A program made the translations under genes and the position numbers. A stretch of 64,000 nucleotides of DNA from Callorhinchus milii (taxonomy: Eukaryota). The stretch's first letter is position 1, and each line of letters starts with the position of its first letter. Below the pieces are notes generated by a model that saw only the letters and a list, made by a program, of their open reading frames with translations, made no database searches and was not told the DNA's origin. The stretch covers positions 87,050,001-87,114,000 of the forward strand of contig NW_024704742.1 of assembly GCF_018977255.1 (NCBI RefSeq), given 5' to 3'. This document shows positions 12,191 through 25,900 of the stretch, piece after piece.

Positions 12191-12639
12191 TCAGTTGTTT
12201 TGAATATGCAACTTAATAATAAAAAAAATCCCTGCATTTGATATAATGCTTTATCACATTGTTAAAACATCTCAAAGCGCTTCACAGAATATATTGTTAA
12301 GTAGATTGACTGAATATTTGTGGGTGAAACGCAGCAACCAATTGCGCACAGCAGTATCCCACAAACAGTTGTGGATTAAGTGACCAAATTTAAAAATAAA
12401 TATTTATCATTGATAATGATAACTTGCATCTAAATAACACCTTATGTGATAAAAACATCTCAACGCGCTTATGTTTATAAAAAGCCCTATATAAACTTAC
12501 ACAGAAGGGTGGAAGATTGAGATTAGATGGACCGAAGGGCCTTCTTCATCCACTCAAACCTTATCATCTTTGAGTATTGATACAATGGAAAGGTCTTGAG
12601 TAACAATCCATTGAGCTGTGACATGGGTCTGTATTGTAG

Positions 12640-12795
12640 GCTCAGGAGAGGTTTGTGCCTGAAGGAAACGACAGAATGAAGCTGCTGGTACTGCTGTGCG
12701 GGGAGGATGATGTGAAGCTCCAGCGGGCTGCAGCCGGAGCCATTGCTATGCTCACCTCTTCCCGGAAGGAACTTTGCTTCAGGATGACAACCTCG
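12640..12795 (+). CDS. UNC45B: UNC-45B exon ([52 protein letters not shown])
   Basis: [14 protein letters not shown] and AAAGA.AMLT motifs; ttgtag| acceptor, tcg|gtgagt donor; 156 bp. Confidence 0.95.
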
Positions 12796-12914
12796 GTGAG
12801 TGGCTAACCTAACTAGACCATCATTGATTAATGTAGGACTGCAACCTACCCCTCCTACAAACTGCATAGTCTCCTCGGACATTGGCGGACATAGGGCAAG
12901 TGAAGCCCAGTGGA

Positions 12915-13295
12915 CAACAGCAACAACAGAATTACATTTGTATAGCACCTTTCATGTTGGGAAGACGTCCCAAGGTACTGGAAAATCAGTGCTTCGGACT
13001 CGAGCTGGGCATCGGGATCAGGAAGGGTGGAGAGCAGGGGGGGAAGGAGGGTGATTGAAGGCACGGTCGAAGAAGGGGGTCTTGAAGGGGGCAAGGGAGG
13101 GGGTGAGTTGGAGGGCCTGCGCAATGGAGTTCCAGAAAGTGAGGGCAGAGTGGCTGAAGTCCTGCCCGCCAAAGGTGGGTCAGGCAGGGCGGGGGACGTG
13201 AAGCGGGCCAGAGCCCGTTGAGTGGAGTGAGCGGGCTGGTTGGTAGGGGGTTAGGTGGTCACAAAGGTAGGAGGGAGCAAGGCCATGAAGGCTTT
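12915..13295 (-). mobile_element. L2 3' fragment
   Basis: LHGLAPSYL and LWNSI motifs; stem-loop and tail. Confidence 0.82.
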
Positions 13296-13970
13296 GTGTT
13301 TTTGTCCAGAATTTTTTAAAAAAGTATTCATTTGATTGCTCTCTCCTCTCTATCCATTCTGATGCAGTGATTTGTGAGGAAATAGGTAGATAGAGAAATT
13401 GGATTGGATGCATTGCTTTTCAATGAACCAGCACAGACACAAATGTGTGTAGGTGTGTGTAGAAGTGAACACACAAGCCTCCACCCACTGCTTACTCCCT
13501 CCCATACCCTTCTGTACTCCTATCCCTAATGTGTATATCTAGCTTCCTCTTAAATAAAATTGGTCATTCACTTCATGGCTGTTTGTGGGAAATATCTGTG
13601 CCAAAATTAGCTGTGGCATTTGTCCAAAAACTAACAAATCCAGTGAAACACTTTGACACATCTCGACGATATAATAAAGCGCTATATCAAATGCAAAGAT
13701 TCTTCTTCTAATGTCCCCGATAACCAACTATGCAGAGGGCTGACCCACAGGAACTTTACTCCAATGCAAATTGTGCCAGTCAGTGTGACTGGTGTGATAA
13801 ATCCAATTACCATCAAGGTTCAGTATTTATGGATAGTTTTCAAATCCTATTGCGATTCCCAATTCTCGACCCCTGTGGCACTTAACTGTAAACAGCGTGC
13901 ATCTGTGTGCATGTGCATCTATGTGGAAATGTTCTTAAATTCCTCATAGCTTATTCTGTTTAAATTGTAG

Positions 13971-14231
13971 ACGACTCAGTGGCTGGAGATCTTGCAAAGA
14001 TTATGTCTGCATGATAACGTGGAACTCCGACACAGAGGGCTGGTCATTGCCAACAACCTGATGATTGCCGACAAGGAGCTTGGCAAGCTGCTGATTGAGA
14101 GCGAGCTGCTGGAGATCCTGACCGTCATCAGCAAGTTGGAAAATAACCCGAAGCGGCAGCACTGTATTAATGTGGCCCGCGAATGCCTTGGGAAAGCCAT
14201 GGATTATGGTTTTATTAAGCCACTCTCCTAG
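13971..14231 (+). CDS. UNC45B: UNC-45B terminal coding exon (TTQWLEILQRLCLHD...MDYGFIKPLS*)
   Basis: C-terminus resembles recalled UNC45B (TTQWLEILQRLCLHD, MDYGFIKP) rather than UNC45A; ttgtag| acceptor; TAG stop at 14229-14231. Confidence 0.95.
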   Translation, partial: TTQWLEILQRLCLHDNVELRHRGLVIANNLMIADKELGKLLIESELLEILTVISKLENNPKRQHCINVARECLGKAMDYGFIKPLS

Positions 14232-14976
14232 CCTGCACAACATAAGGGAAATCAGTACGCCGATTAGATAGGAAACCTGATAGACACCCTGCAAAACAGT
14301 TAATTATTGCCAAAGCATTCGCCTTTCCATTTGTAATTTTTAAACAAACAACTTGCCAATTTGTTGGACTCTCTCATTGCAAATTGTTTACTAGATGTGT
14401 TTGCAGTGATCCGGCCTCTGTCGTTGTAAGAGACTGTTACCTGGAGAAGATGCACTGCGCATGAGTAACTGGTCTCTTTTGAAGAAAGTACCATGATTTC
14501 CCCCCCAGTCTCCCCCTTTCTATTCGCAGGCTATTTTCAGGCCTAGTCAAGCCTTTACTTAGGCTTTGTGTTCTAATGCCAAAGTAAGATTTGTTTATTG
14601 AAACCCAGGTATTATTATTATATGGATGGACTATCCAAGGAGATAGTAGAGACAGATTGTGTCACCAAAATTTACAAGGGAACTAGATAACTATTTGATA
14701 AAGAATTCAATTGAGGGAGGAATGTGAGAGACAGAACAATGTAGGATTATGTATTATTACCTTTGATGATTGCCAGATGGACAACAGTGTTTTTCCTCAT
14801 CCTGTACTTGCCTATATTCCTATTTTTAGGAGTTCTGCCTTGGCCTTTCTTTTTCTGAAAGTTTCCTGCACAGCAGAAGCTACTGTGCCAATCAAAGGAT
14901 GAATTCTGTTCTTGGCAAATGTCAAGCTATTACCTGTTTACTTCTAGTTTTCACTGACTCAGATTGTTTAGTTGAA

Positions 14977-14982
14977 AATAAA
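14977..14982 (+). terminator. Candidate UNC45B polyadenylation signal AATAAA
   Basis: First canonical AATAAA I found after the stop codon (about 750 nt downstream); no transcript evidence. Confidence 0.4.
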
Positions 14983-17389
14983 GAAGTGAATTGACCATGA
15001 GATGGATTGTACTTTCATAGTTTAGGTGGGTTACATTTTCAAAACAAAATAGACATAGTATCTCATACATTACATACTAACACAGAATAATGTGGTGCAG
15101 AGATCTCTACAATTGATAAGAAAGCAGTTGTTATGCATTGAATGCTAGATAGGGACCAAACGTATGCTTTTTAACTAGTTTGCAGCTTAAAACAATAATA
15201 ACCCTTCCTTCAGATGAGATGTTAAACTGAGGCCCAGTCTGCTTGTTCAGGTGGATGTCAAAGATCTCATAGGACTGTTCGAAAAGAGATTAGAGTTTCT
15301 CCCAGTGTCCTGGCCAACAATCCCCCAAAATAAAATTGATCACTCAGTCCATGGCTATTTGTGGCTATATTGCTGTGCATATATTGGCTGCTGTGTTTGC
15401 TCACAAAATACACAAGTCACCCCAATTTACAGTATATCTTGTGAAGAGCTTTGAGATGTCTCAACAAAGTGATAAGGTGCTATATCAAATGCAAGGATTA
15501 TTACGATTATAATACAATAATAATCTGTACAGATCCAAACACTGAACAGGTAGATGTGGTTTTCTTTTTTTCCATCAAAATCCCAATGGTGAAGGATTGT
15601 GGGGTGGCCGGTGCATCATCATTCCTGGCAGGAACAAACACTTCATGGATTACACCATTTGTGAAACAAATAGACATATTTGCAAGTGAAAATATAAGAA
15701 AGTTACAGTGACAATTAAAAGAGGGGAGATTGGCTGCACATGGAGGAATCTCACTGTAACCAAACCCTAGTGAGTGGGTGGGGGGGTACCCTGTGGTTAT
15801 GTATGTGAGGGAACCACCCATATTCTCCATTACTTAAGGAAGGAATCGGATGTTAAGTGACAAATTTAAAAGGACATTTCTCTCTCTGACTTGATTATCC
15901 TTATTACCTCTAGAGGCATGTGAGCCACGCTGACAACACTGCTTGGTGCCACATGATCAGATGGCATTGTAAAGCAGTGTGGGAAAGGAGGTCAATAAAT
16001 GGCCACAACAAGGATTTGAGGCATTCCCCTACAGGGACACACTGAAGTGTTTTGTGTTCAATACTTAATGTTGCTCTCCATCATAGCCCATGAGAGTTCA
16101 CAGTACCACTGAAGCCTCTCTATTTGTCAGGCACAAAGGGATTTCAGCTGGAGAGTTGCACTATTGTGCAGTGATTGTGATACATGATTTTGAGTTGACC
16201 TTCCCTTGGCCTATTGATGATGCATATTTGAATCAAGTGCTTTATGCTTACTGACTCACAATAAATGTGAAATCAAATAGATGGTAGATCCAACCTTAAA
16301 AAAAAGCGCAAAAGACTCCAATGTCAACAGTGGGAATTGAAAGCTTCCAGGGTTAAACAGAAGCATGCCTTACCATTCCTTTGATGAGCACACTTAAACT
16401 GCTCCTCGTTTTCTCTCTGTCTGTGTCAGCCTGGCTCATCAGGGAGCACTCTTGCTTTTAAGACAGAAAATTGTGGGTTCCAGCCTCACTTTAGTCCATT
16501 GAGCTCTTAATCTAGGCTGATACTCCCAATGCAATATTGCATTGGCAGAGGTACCACATTTCAGATAAAATATTAGACCAAGATCCTGTCTGCCTGTTCA
16601 GCAACACTCTGATATGCCAATGTGAAGGGTGCTATATAAATCAAGTTGTTGTATGTTAAAGATCCAATGATAATATTTGAAAAGAGAAGTGAGTTTCACC
16701 TAGTGTCCTGCCAACAATCTCCCAAGTAACATTGATCATTCACTTCATCGCTGATTGTAGGGTACTGCTGCGCAATAATTGGCTGCCTTCAAAATAATAT
16801 AATAATTCTTGCAATTGATATAGTGATTTTCACGTCTCCTAGATATCTCAAAGCGCTTCACAGAATATACTGTAAAGTGAATTGACTGTATATAAATACA
16901 ATCATTACACCTTACATAAAGATCTGTGAAAGATTTTGACATTCCTAGGTGCTATATATCAAATGCAAGGATTGCTATTATAATTTTATTTAAAACGTTG
17001 CTTTCAATATTGCTTGTAAAAAGTTTATATTGTAGTGTTTGGGTTCAAGTCGTAACATGACTACATTAATTATTTTTCACTTCACTTTACTGTTGAGTCT
17101 CAATTAAGCCTGCAGGGTTGCCATGTTAACATTGATAATGTTGAGTGAGGTGAATTCACTGAGAAATGGTGCTTTTGGGTTTTGGGTTAAAGCTGAAATT
17201 TTTTGAGTGTTTAACAAAAAAATCTGGCGTGAATTACACCACTCTGGGTACGATAACAAATTGGGAAACTGAGAGGTAAGACCATAAGCAAGGAGCAGTC
17301 AACCCCCTTTAACCCCCCACCCACCAAAAAAAAATTGGTCATTCACTTCATGGCTGTATGTACGACATTGCTGTGTGCAATAAGAACAT

Positions 17390-17712
17390 AATAATAATCC
17401 TTGCATTTGGTATAGCGCTTTTCACGTCGGGAGGACGTCCCAAAGCGCTTCACAGAACACACTGTAAAGTGAATTGACTGTATATTTGTGGGCGAATGCG
17501 GCAGCCAATTGCGCACAGCAATGTCCCACAAACAGCCGTGGATTGAAAATGACCAATTTATTGACCAATTTATTATTGTTTTGGTTTTGGAGGGATTATT
17601 ATCAGACGTGTGGAGTAAGGAAACTTGCCCAAGGTTTCGCCCTGCCTGGAATTGAACTCAGGTCTCTCGCTTGCAAAGCGAGTGCTCTAACCACTGAGTT
17701 ACAGGACTCCAC
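17390..17712 (-). mobile_element. tRNA-derived SINE, short subfamily, full length
   Basis: Same head, body and tail as the 42792 copy. Confidence 0.9.
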
Positions 17713-17722
17713 TGAGACTCCA

Positions 17723-18185
17723 AACATAAGAATTGCTAGATGAAAAAAGATCAAGATCCATCCAGTTCACCTTCCAACAACCTGGAAGTCGTACGCTCAT
17801 GTCATGTCCCAACTATATACTGTATCCCACAATATTATTTCCTAAAGGAAATCTATCTAATTTGCTTTTGAAAGAATCAACACTTTTTGATTCCACCGTT
17901 CTCTTTCTATTGTTCCAGACAAGACAAAACAGCTTATCATGGTCTACATTATCCAGGCCCTTTTGAATCTTAAAAAACTATCATATCACCTCTCAACCTT
18001 CTCTTTTCCAGCGTGAACATGTCCAGTTTACTTAATTGCTCCTCATAGTCCAGTCCCTCCATCCCATCAATCACTCTGGTTGCCCTTGACTGTATTCTCT
18101 CAATCGCTGCAGTATCCTTTTTGTACTGTGATGACCAGAACTGAACACAGTATTCCAAGTACAGTGACACCAATGATTTATAAAG
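17723..18185 (-). mobile_element. CR1 3' fragment
   Basis: LEYCVQFWS...LEKRRLRGDMI; same 3' end as the 56013 copy. Confidence 0.82.
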
Positions 18186-19959
18186 TGTCAGAATTACCCC
18201 ACTATTTTGCCTACTACATTGTCCACAGATACAGTCACTGTTATTATTCCACTACAGACCATATGCAAAACAATTACACTGTGAAATATAATCGATTAAA
18301 ACATGCAGAATATTCTTCCATCCTTGAATCTCCCCTCCAATTTAAACTTGGCTTCCTTCTCTATATAGTCAAATTCCTCAAATTCCCAGTTCCAGTATTA
18401 ATCCCTTTGTCCTGTGGAACATTTGTTCATCTCTGTATGAACGTATCCTGATTTCCTCTAATATTGTGGCCAAGCTGATATTTACACATTTTAAGGCGAT
18501 ACATCAATGTGTCTTCGGTTATTTTTGGGGGACATCTGTCCATTATCATTACTATGTGAGAAAAATGCCTTCTAATCTCCAGAGATTACATACAATTTGC
18601 TCTAAAAATACAGTTATTACACTTTACATGACGCACTCCCAGTGTGAAAGGTAACGTATAAAAATCCAAGGCTTTCAGCTATTCCGCTCTTGCTTTCTGG
18701 AACTCCATTCCAAAGTCCCTCCCACTCACTTACTCCCTCCCTCACCTCTTTCAGGGTCTGTCTCAAGAATTACCTCGATGACTATGCTTTCAGTCATCTT
18801 TCCCTCTCCCTTCAGCTTCCACCCGAGCTCGGATGCCAGTGTTTTGGAATGCCCTCCTAATGTGAAAGGTCCCATATAAGTGTAAATTGTATAATTATTA
18901 TTATTAGAGACTAAAATATAATTAAGTACACTGATGGATCAAATTTAGAAAATACATGAGTATGTAACAGTTTATTTTGAAATGCCTCATTCACCTATGC
19001 TGAAAACTAATGTAAAAGCAGCAAAAAAGGTATTCTGTATCCTGCAGCTACTTGGAATACATCTTTTGTATACTGTTGACATATGATTTCCAAGCAGAAT
19101 CTCAAATAGATACTAATCAAGAAAGAAAAAAGCAAAGATTTCAGTAGCAAAGCATCATCTGACAAATGTATGAATCCATTATTATTATTATCCTTGCATT
19201 TGATATAGTGCTTTTCACGTCTTCTAGACTTCTCAAAACGCTTCACAGAATATACTATAAAGTTAATTGACTGTATATTTGTGGGCGAAACGTGGCAGCC
19301 AATTACAAACACTAGTAAGTGATATCCCAACTTCAGTGTGAGATTTGATTCAAACAGTCCTTGAATCTCAGGATTGCAAATGTCTCGTTCAGCTGTTACA
19401 AAGTGATCATAAAAATAACTGAAACAAGAAGTTTGCTGACATACATGCAGTGGAGCTGCCAACTATTCATCAGAGAGTAATATTTTTCCATTGTACATCA
19501 ATGCACTAGCTGAATTATTGCTTGTGTTAACAGAATAAACAGCAAATCTAAGAGAACAGAAATGACGAAGTACAACACAAACATTGCCTCACCAGCACAT
19601 TTTTAAGCAACCAATTGGAACTGAAAGCTAAACCCACAGTGACTCAGATTCGAGCAGTCGGAATCAACCCACTGGTTGTCCATTTGAACATGTTGAATTT
19701 GGTTGTGTAAGTGCCCAAGGAATTGCCAATATTCATGCACAGAGAGGTAAATACCTCTAAAGCATGAGCTCATAAGTAAGGCTGCTGTTCCTATGGACAG
19801 TAAGGCCAAAAAAGGACAAGGTTAATACAATGATCACAGCATTGGACATGCTTGTTATTTATGTAGAAACTTTAAACTCAACAACACTATGTGTAGCATT
19901 ATCCTTGGATAAGGTGATAACTAATCACAATTTCAAATATAATCTATACAAAATATTAA

Positions 19960-21298
19960 ATAAAATCCAGGAAAGGACTATTATTTAAAGGGTAAGAAAA
20001 TAATCTTTACGGAAAGTGAAAAGGACCTGGGGATCCTGTTTGATAATAAATTGAAACTATTCCAACCGTGCTCGGTAGCACTGAATAAGGCAAACCAGAT
20101 GCGAGACTGTATTAAAAGAGCAATATTGAGCCAATATAGTGGGGTAATCCTGACACTTTACAAATCACCATACTTGGAATACTCTGTGCAGTTCTGGTCA
20201 CCGCGGAATATCAAGTGATTGAGAGTGTACAGAGGAGGGCAACCAAAATGATTGAGGAATATGGGAACTCTCTCCTCACCGGCCTTCCCGCCACCTCCCT
20301 CCACAAGCTGCAGGTCATTCAGAACTCTGCAGCTCGTGTACTGTCCCGCACCAGGCTTCGCGACCACATCACTCCCACCCTCGCTCGCCTCCACTGGCTC
20401 CCCATCCCCCAGAGGATCGAATTCAAAATCCTCATCCTCACCTACAAGGCCATTCACGGCCTTGCTCCCTCCTACCTCTCCGACCTACTATCCCCCTACT
20501 TACCTGCCCGTACCCTCCGTTCCTCTGGCTCCAGTCTGCTCCACATCCACCGCCCCAACCGCCCTACCGTTGGTGGCCAGGCCTTCAACCTCTCAGCCCC
20601 TAGACTCTGGAACTCCATCCCCCAGTGCCTTCTCCTTGCTTCCTCCCTTTCCTCCTTCAAGGCCGGTCTCAAGACCTTTCTCTTTGACCGTGCCTTCAGC
20701 TCCCCTCTCGACTCTCTACCCCCTCCTCGCCCCCTCGCTTTCCTCCCCTCACCCTGACCATTTTCCCCCAATGCTTGGGTCCTGACCCAACTGTACAGCG
20801 CCTTGGGACGTCCTTCCGACCTGAAGGGCGCTCTATAAATGGAATCTTGTTGTTGTTGTTGCGGGGATGGAAGGATTGGACGACGAAGAGCGATTAGATA
20901 AACTGGGCATGTTCACACTGGAGAAGAGAAGGTTGAGAGGCGATATGATTACGTCTTTAAGGTTCTGAAGAGAATAGATTATATAGACAATGGTAAACTG
21001 TTGTATCTTATACTGAACAGTAGAAGCAGAGGGCACGGCCTATGACTGAAGAGGGATAAATTCAGAACAAATCTGCGGAAACACTACTTCAGTGAGCGAT
21101 TAGTAAACTTAGGGAACAATGAAAACAGAAAATATTGTTTGTTTCAAGAATAAATTAGATAGCTTTCTGCTAGAAAATAATCTCTGGATACAGTATATAG
21201 TTTGGGACATGACATGTCAAGCATTTGCCAGGATGGTGGAAGGCAAACTAGATGGACCTTGGTCTTCTTTCGCCTAGAAAACTCTTATTTTCTTATAT
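19960..21298 (+). mobile_element. CR1-clade LINE 3' fragment, split by an L2
   Basis: EKDLGILFD, LEYSVQFWSP, VQRRATKMI | GMEGLD...LEKRRLRGDMI motifs; CR1 tail. Confidence 0.85.
20260..20860 (+). mobile_element. L2 3' fragment nested in a CR1
   Basis: LQVIQNSAARVL...LHWLPIPQRIEFK; (TTG)n tail; CR1 sequence resumes immediately after. Confidence 0.88.
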
Positions 21299-23009
21299 AT
21301 AGTAAACTGAACAACCATTTGTTTTGCTATCTGGTTCAGCTGGGTGGAAACTGGGTCATTTTCTGGACAGGATACTTACATGCAAGTCAATACGCCGAGA
21401 TCAAGTTAATGCCTGTAACTGTCTACCATTGACAGATCTGTTACATACATTCAGTACTGTCAGTTTACTAGTTTTAAGTTGACTATATTCTTATTGCCAT
21501 CTGTTGACACGTCTAGAAACAATAGATAGTGTTCTTTGTGGACAAACGTCAGCAAATGAATGATTTTTAAAAATGATTATCAGTATGGCTCTTCCGTAAC
21601 CTGAACTGCCTGGAAATGTTCACATTCAAAAGACACAAACTGGGTTAAAATGTGACTCAGGCATATGGCAAGTTCTCCCTGAAGTTGGCAACAGTGAAGG
21701 CTTATCAAACAGAGCTCCATTTGCAGTCATTATATTATTGCTGAACCAGTCAAATGCTTTGTCCTGTTGTCAACATTCCAGGTCATCTGTTACTGTTACA
21801 AAGAATTAGGATAATTGCATGGGGCAGGTACACCAGAGGCATTGGTTGCATGTGCTGTGTCACACTGACACTACCCTGCCTGCTCCGTATCTCTCTATCT
21901 CCAGGCTGAGTGTAAGTGAAGTAAAGTGAAACTCTGCACATTCATGTTAATGTGTATGCACAAAGATTTGCAAGTAGCAGGGATTGGCAGAGGTTTGATG
22001 ACTCAGAAATTGGTAATTTTATCTTGCTGCAAGGAAAAATGGCGCAATAGCCAAATTATGAGGTTGTCACCAATGACACGTCCTATTGTGCACAGCTCAC
22101 ATTCAGAGATGTTAGCAGTGAACTAATGACCCTGAAGTCAACCATGTCTTTTTAGCACAACAACTGACCAGTGCAAGGGAGCCAACCACCTGGCTGCAGG
22201 TACATGCAATGAAACTGGCTATTGCACCTTGTTCAGTCCACTGCTTTGGGACAAACATTTATCGGAGATTTCAAAATAATCAGTTAAACGTTGTTATCTT
22301 TTCAAAGTACAGTATCTCTGTCAGCCAAAATTATCTTCATAAATTAATCTACAGGGCAGAGAAAATAATGTGATGGTGATCTAACAATGGGTGTTGTGCA
22401 TAATAGCAATAGGTGGCAGGTTCTCAAGGCCAAATCTTGTAATTTGAACCAACATACTCAATGTACATTGTCCATGATATGGAATGCAACAATCCTTGGC
22501 TTCATTTCAACAAGGCAACAACACACCCTGTATGTATTGCTGCACAGCAATTCAGATCAAACTGAAACCACAATAGGAACCAATATGCACTTTACAAAGA
22601 CATTTTAAGTTGTATGTATGATAAACCGTTTAACAATGCAATGAGTCAAAGAGTTTCGGCTCTGTGGATCTAAATCAAGATTGAAATTGTAAAATATACA
22701 TGGTCAAATGCAGCAGATCTAAAAGAAAATTTATACAGCAGGTGTCGAGAATATGAAACTAATTTAAAAAAAATTTCTCTCAGCACAGTAAGTGCATCAT
22801 GCTTAATTCATCAATTTGGCAAAAAGTAACACCCTGGTCTGGACATAATATATAAACGTTTCCAATCTGCAGTCGATGATCACCACATTGTAAGCAGCTG
22901 GACGGATCTTCAATGAGTAACAGCTAACTTAAATATACAAATCTTCATTCAATTTGAAATGTTCATGGACAGATTGGCACTTCTTTAAGATACTGCGTGG
23001 TTCAAGAAA

Positions 23010-23387
23010 TAATAATAATCCTGTATTTGATGCAGCCCTGAACATGTCAAAATGTCACAGAACAATTCTCTAAAGTGTAATAACTGCGTATTTGAGGGTA
23101 AACACAGCAGCCAATATGCTAATAGCAATTTCCCACAAATAGCCATGAAGTGAATGGCCAATTATATCTGGAGAATTGTTGGCTTTGTCGCTGGGAAAAA
23201 CTCCCTTCTCTTTTCAATTAGTGTCAAGGGATCTTTAACGTTCACCTGAACAGGTACACATGAACTCGGTTTAATATTTGATTGGAAGGACAGCACTGGA
23301 CTGTGAGCTCAAAGTCCTGACATGTAGCTTGAACCCACAACCTTCTGACTCAGAGATGAAAGTACTACAAACTGAGCCAAGCTGACA
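23010..23387 (-). mobile_element. Deu-domain SINE
   Basis: Reverse copy with head, Deu core and tail. Further partial copies at about 985-1238(-), 6150-6410(+), 15205-15505(+), 16425-16790(+), 27800-28000(-), 36400-36725(-), 44980-45235(-), 51335-51680(-), 62545-62800(+). Confidence 0.78.
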
Positions 23388-24104
23388 CACATTGTAACAA
23401 ACTTTAAGCCTCCTTATTAAGGAAGACGATAATTAACTTTATAATTTAATGTGCATCAATTGAATGGTGGCACACACTGGGATTGTTCACATGAAATTGC
23501 TGAGAGCTGAATAGGAAAAGTGCAATTTAAGCATATGCTCAAGGTAAATTGAGCAGCAGGTTGTTTTGCTTGATGCAAATTAAACAGGGCACCTTTTGTT
23601 TAAACCGGTAACTCATAATTATGCAAATATGTCAGGATGGAAAAGTCAAATTAACCTTTGCCCCTATTTGGCAAGAGGCTGTTCTGACTTGAGGTTAGCT
23701 CTTAATTTAAAGCAAAACCTTTATTGCAAAGAAATGTTGCCTTTTTGAAGGCAGCAATGAATTCTGCAAATAAAACTGCCAAATTGCAGTAGGTGATGTA
23801 TTGCTAAGTAACTATTAAGTTACCTTTGTGCCTTTTGTCACCAAATTCACAATCTAATTGATAAACAACTCATCAATAGTGTATTTGTTGACTAAAACTG
23901 ACTGCTTCTATTTTACAAGGAGCAACAAAACTTAGAAACCAAGTAATTGCCAAGGTTTCTAGGCTGCAGGACTATGTCATATTGATGATAGTTACCATAA
24001 AATAACCCTTGCATTTCATATCGTGCCTTATCATATCATTGAGATGTCTCAAAGAGTTTCACAAGATACACTGTGAAATAAAGTAACTGTATGCAACTCT
24101 AAAG

Positions 24105-25055
24105 TCATCATGGAGGCCAAAAACAACCAAAGACACTGTTTTCCAACATCCATCCGTGCACCTCTTCAAGGCCCTTCAATCCTCACATCAAACGCCAAGT
24201 GCGAAGAGGTCCTAGACTTCTTTGCCTCAAAGATTGAAAACATTCACTTGGCTGCATCATCCTCCCACCCCCACTATCCATGTCCCCTTTCACCCCACCC
24301 AGACCATCCATACTGCCTTCTCCCTCCGCCACGGTTGCTGACACTCCCCCCTTCTTACACTACTTTGCTGCTATTTCTCCGTCCTCCCTCTCAACCACAG
24401 TCACCCGGATGAATTTCAACACCTGCTGCCTCAACTCCCGCCTCACCCAGCTGCTGGTCACTCAACTCCCTCTTCTCTCCCTCCTGCTGGCTGACACTGT
24501 CAACCAGTCTCTCTCCTCAGGCTCTGGTCCACTCCCTCTGAAAACCGTTGTCCTCAAAAAACCCACTACAGTCCCATTTCCAACCTATCTTTCCTTGCCA
24601 AAGTCCTGGAACGCATTGTCACAGGTCATCTTTGGTCACACCTCTCCCTCCACTCCCTCCTCGAGCCCCTGCAGTCTGGTTTTTGCCCTGCACACAGCAC
24701 AGAGACAGCTCTTGCCAAAGTCACAAATAACATCCTCTCTGGCTGTGACCAGGACTCCCTCTGCCTCCTCATCTTCGTGGTTTCTCCTCCTGCCCTCACC
24801 TGGTCACCTGCTGTATACCCCAGGGCTCCATTCTTGCCCTTCTTCTTTTCCTCATCTATATGCTCCCTCTGGGCGATTGCATCCGTAGATGTGGGGTAAA
24901 CTTCCACATGTATGCAGATGACACACAAATCTACTTTGCCTCCTCCAGCATCGACTCCAGGTCCACCAATGTTCTATCAGCTTGTCTGGCAGACATCAAA
25001 TTCTGGATGAGTGTAAACTTCCTGCAGCTGAATATGGACAAGATGGAAGCCATAC
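24105..25055 (+). mobile_element. L2 internal RT fragment
   Basis: [20 protein letters not shown] motifs. Confidence 0.82.
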
Positions 25056-25149
25056 TCTGTCACATGTCAGTCACGCTACCCATGTGCAGTAAACAGGAAA
25101 TGACATCAGCAGCGACCTGTTTGCCTTGTGGAAGTTGGCCAATTTGGCT

Positions 25150-25900
25150 TCCGGCAAAGGGAGCGGAGGGAGAGGACAGGTTGATATGGTGTTAGCAGGT
25201 CACAGAGATAGGAAGAAGCAAGGCCGTGGAGTGCTTTGAAGGCAAGGAAGAAGATTTTCAACTCTAGCCTCTAGGGATTAGGAAGCCGTAGGGGTGGCAG
25301 TGATCGGCTCAGGGAGCCTGTTGCAGGAGAGGACACAAGCTGCAGAGTTCTGGATGATCTGCAGATTGTGGAGGGAGGAGTTGGGGAGGCAGACAAACAG
25401 GGAGTTGGCATAGTTGAGACTAGATGTGATGCATGCGAGGATGAGGGTTTTAGCGGCCCGAGGGGAGAGGCAGTCCCGGAGCTGGGCAACATTGCGGGGG
25501 TGGAAGGCAGAACGGGTCATAGCATGGATGTGGGGTAGAAAGAACAGTTGAGGATCAAACAAGACGCCAAGGTTCTGGACTGACTCAGTGAGGTGGAGTG
25601 TGCAACCATGGATGGTGACGCTGTCAGCGCTTGCGGTGTTGAGGCACTGACAGGAGTCAATCAGGAGAGCCTCGGTCTTGTTGACGTTCAACTGGAGAAA
25701 GTTAGCTCTCATCCAGAACTTGATGTCTGACAGAATTCTGTCAGAACAGCAGTGGTCCAGGAGTCAAGAGTGGAGGTAGAGAGATAGAGTCGGGTGTTAT
25801 CTGCATACATGTGGAAGTTGACCCCATGTTTACAGATAATGTCACCAAGAGGGAGCATGTAGCTGTTGAAGAGGAGGGGATCAAGGATCGTGTCCTGAGG
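25150..25900 (-). mobile_element. L2 RT and C-terminal fragment
   Basis: HMYADNT, FLQLNVNKTEAL, LQIIQNSAA motifs. Confidence 0.82.

Noticed and set aside
16400..16448. Second hammerhead-like pattern on the minus strand (UGCUCC-CUGAUGA...GAAA...GGAGCA)
   Set aside because: No stem II closing next to GAAA and no NUH cleavage triplet; overlaps a mutated Deu-SINE head.
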